Source of the DNA: Tagaea sp.
GTDB taxonomy: Bacteria; Pseudomonadota; Alphaproteobacteria; CACIAM-22H2
Length of the DNA stretch: 64,000 nt
Reading direction: 5' to 3'
Assembly (NCBI GenBank): GCA_965279525.1
Contig: CBDIIB010000004.1
Location: forward strand, 160,001-224,000
Shown piece after piece: positions 61,667-64,000 of the stretch; the first letter of the stretch is position 1, and each line of letters opens with the position of its first letter. Made by a program: the position numbers and the translations under genes. Below the pieces are notes generated by a model. The model searched no databases and was not told where the DNA came from. It saw nothing but the letters and a program-made list of their open reading frames with translations.

Positions 61667-62496
61667 TCCGGCATCGCGTCGATGCGCTTCCAGCACAGGG
61701 CCGAATATTCCTCGAGATCGCCGCGCACGCCGACGAAATGGCGCTGCGTTTCGCACCACAGCACCTCGCGAAGCGCCATGACCGGTTCGAGCGCCCGGAC
61801 AAGTTCGAGTTCGACGCCGCCATGGGCGTCGACGAAAAGTGCCGCCTGCCGCGCGTCGAGGGCGAAATTCATCACGACCGCCGCGACATCGACCGCCGGA
61901 TCGCCGCGCCCAGCATATTCCCAGTCGACGATCGCGAGGCTGTCTTGTGCGACGATCACGTTTTCCGGGATCAGGTCGGCGTGGATGAGTGTGCGGTCCG
62001 TCAGCCGCGGTGTTGCGGCAAGGATGCCGGCCGCGCGCGCGAGGCTGCGGGCCGGCAGCGTGCCGCCCGGCAGGGCGGCAAGATAGCCCCGGCAGATGTC
62101 GACCGGATCGAAAGGCGGAAGGTCGGCCGGTGCCGGTCTGCCGAAAAGCCGGCCAAGCGCCTGCGCGAGGCGGACCAGCACGTCGTCGCCGACCGGCTGG
62201 CCCTGCACGAGCGTGACGCCCGGGACGAATTCGGTGACGAGGATGCCGTCGCCGGCGTGCAGCACCGGCGGCGAGACGCCCGCCGCGGCCGCGAGGCCGA
62301 TGCAGCGGATCTCGGTCTTCCGGCTGATGTTGTGGTGCGGGAGATCGACGCCGATCCTTGCGAAATACGTGCGCCCGCCGGCATCGACGCGGAAATTCTC
62401 GTTCGTGCGCCCGCCCGGGATCGGCGCGAATGCCGGGGGTGCGGGCCAGATCGACAGGGCGGCCAGCCTTGCAAGGGAACCGGCGTCGCCCGTCAT
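61663..62496 (-). CDS. Choline kinase/APH-family phosphotransferase
   Basis: GGRTNENF, HADLIPEN, VDWEYAG. Confidence 0.85.
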   Translation of the reverse strand: MTGDAGSLARLAALSIWPAPPAFAPIPGGRTNENFRVDAGGRTYFARIGVDLPHHNISRKTEIRCIGLAAAAGVSPPVLHAGDGILVTEFVPGVTLVQGQPVGDDVLVRLAQALGRLFGRPAPADLPPFDPVDICRGYLAALPGGTLPARSLARAAGILAATPRLTDRTLIHADLIPENVIVAQDSLAIVDWEYAGRGDPAVDVAAVVMNFALDARQAALFVDAHGGVELELVRALEPVMALREVLWCETQRHFVGVRGDLEEYSALCWKRIDAMPE

Positions 62497-63290
62497 GTCC
62501 GCGCCTCGACCACCGATACGCCGGCGGCCTTGAGGTCGGCACCCTGTCCGGCGGGAAGGGAGTCGGTGACGAGGACGTCGATATCTGCCACCGGAATCCC
62601 CGACATGCGCGCGTTCCAGCCGAATTTCCGGCCGGTCACCATCGCCACGCAATGGCGCGCGCGCGCGACCATCTTGCGCGCGATGCTGGCGTCGTCGGCG
62701 TTGGTGTAGCTCATGCCTTCTTCGACGCTGAAGGCATCGGCCGACAGGATCGCGCGATCGGCACTGAACTGCTCGAGCATCGTCTCGGCGATCGGCCCGC
62801 CGGTCGCCAGCGACGTGCGGCGCATGAGGCCGCCCAGCAGGCAGACGGTGATGCGCGGGTTCTCGATCAGGATATGGGCGACGTTCACTGCCGAGACGAC
62901 GACGAAAAGCTCCAGCCCGGACGCCGCGAGCTCGCGGGCGAATGCCGCGACGGTCGAACCGTCGTTGAGGAAGACCGTCTCGCCGTTTCTGACGAGCGGC
63001 AGGGTCGCGCGCGCGACGGCCTGCTTCTCTTCGACGTCCTTGCGCTCGCGGATCGCGAAGGCTTCCTCGGCCGGGCGCGATGACGGCGCCGTGGCGCCGC
63101 CATAGCCGCGCACGGCGATGCCTTCGCGCGCCAGCACGTCGAGATCGCGCCGGATCGTGGCGCTCGAAGCACCGAGGATGTCGCTGAGGTCGGCCACCGA
63201 AACGGCGCCGCGCAGGGCAAGTTCACGCCGCAGGAGGGCACGGCGGGCGATCGGATTGCGGCGGGTGGCGGGAGTGATGCTGCCTGTCAT
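62493..63290 (-). CDS. DeoR/GlpR-family regulator
   Basis: SSATIRRDLDVL, RGYGGA, FLNDGST, LLGG. Confidence 0.9.
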   Translation of the reverse strand: MTGSITPATRRNPIARRALLRRELALRGAVSVADLSDILGASSATIRRDLDVLAREGIAVRGYGGATAPSSRPAEEAFAIRERKDVEEKQAVARATLPLVRNGETVFLNDGSTVAAFARELAASGLELFVVVSAVNVAHILIENPRITVCLLGGLMRRTSLATGGPIAETMLEQFSADRAILSADAFSVEEGMSYTNADDASIARKMVARARHCVAMVTGRKFGWNARMSGIPVADIDVLVTDSLPAGQGADLKAAGVSVVEART

Positions 63291-63319
63291 GCCAACAGGA
63301 TAACGTGACGGAAATCGAA

Positions 63320-63351
63320 ATCAATCACTAAACGACATATATTTGATTGAT
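63320..63351. promoter_or_regulatory. Candidate DeoR operator
   Basis: ATCAATCA-N16-TGATTGAT in the AT-rich divergent region. Confidence 0.45.
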
Positions 63352-63387
63352 ATTGAAATAAGGAATTGGCTAGGGTCAAGGACTTGG

Positions 63388-64000
63388 ATGAAGGGGCGGA
63401 TATTGGAGTCATCGCAGAACGACCTGATCGCACGGCTTCTGGCAGGGACCTGCGCCGATCCGGATGGCGGCGCGAACCTGGCCGTCGCCACGCGGCGTGT
63501 GGTCATCGCACCGTCGCTCGCGGACGATCTCCCGGCGTGTCTCGACGGCTTGCCGCTCGGCCGGAAACTCGCGGTGGTCAGCGACCCGACGACGCACCGC
63601 GTGCTGGGTGCCGCGGTCGAGCGTGCGCTGGCCGGACGCTGGTCCGTCGCCGGCATCCGTCTTGAAGATGCGCCGCATGCCGACGAAGGGACGGTCGCGA
63701 AGCTCGTCGAAGCGACGCAAGGTGCGGACGCGCTTGTCGCCGTCGGTTCGGGCACGATCAACGACATCTGCAAGTACGCCGCCACGCGCGCCGGCAAGCC
63801 CTATGTCGCGTTCGCGACGGCACCGTCGATGAACGGTTACGTGTCGACGAGTGCGGCGATCACCGTCCACGGCCACAAGAAGTCGCTCCCGGCACAAGCA
63901 CCACTCGCGGTGTTCCTCGATCTTTCGATCATGGCGGCGGCACCGCCGCGGATGATCCGCTCGGGGCTTGGCGACAGCCTTTGCCGGTCGACGGCACAGG
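63388..64000 (+). CDS. sn-glycerol-1-phosphate dehydrogenase family (AraM/EgsA-like), partial
   Basis: Manual translation ...AVGSGTINDICKY...FATAPSMNGYVS...HKKSL...RSGLGDSLCR; runs off window; start could be TTG 63403. Confidence 0.85.
   Translation, partial: MKGRILESSQNDLIARLLAGTCADPDGGANLAVATRRVVIAPSLADDLPACLDGLPLGRKLAVVSDPTTHRVLGAAVERALAGRWSVAGIRLEDAPHADEGTVAKLVEATQGADALVAVGSGTINDICKYAATRAGKPYVAFATAPSMNGYVSTSAAITVHGHKKSLPAQAPLAVFLDLSIMAAAPPRMIRSGLGDSLCRSTAQ

Overview
GC-rich bacterial DNA, probably alphaproteobacterial, densely packed with transport, catabolic and regulatory genes. No rRNA, tRNA, CRISPR array, transposase or integrase is visible. Left to right: (1) nitrate/nitrite assimilation operon (nasT, a sigma-54 promoter and ANTAR two-hairpin leader, NasS-like, nrtABD, partial nirB-like); (2) hydroxyproline catabolic operon with a divergent GntR; (3) small ORF, GntR/UTRA, Fe-ADH and GGT-like genes converging on a TRAP transporter plus ferritin-like diiron enzyme, the two units sharing promoter motifs; (4) EamA, MlrC-like peptidase, peptide-type ABC, PhyH dioxygenase and enolase-superfamily enzyme; (5) a long minus-strand run of Liv-type ABC, GAF protein, tandem amidohydrolases, Pot-type ABC and Xaa-Pro peptidase; (6) HD-domain protein, a second peptide ABC, a ureidoglycolate-lyase-like gene and orphan soxYZ; (7) PgtC/Fbp-like ABC, Gfo/Idh/MocA, and a DeoR-kinase-GlpA-like-TIM barrel cluster divergent from a glycerol-1-phosphate dehydrogenase. 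The main unexplained signal is a ~105-bp AT-rich noncoding element in two inverted copies (14774-14879 and 52044-52148). It has a 31-bp identical core, a boxA-like motif and a covarying hairpin. Each copy sits beside a different ArsR-SRPBCC gene pair wedged between convergent host genes.
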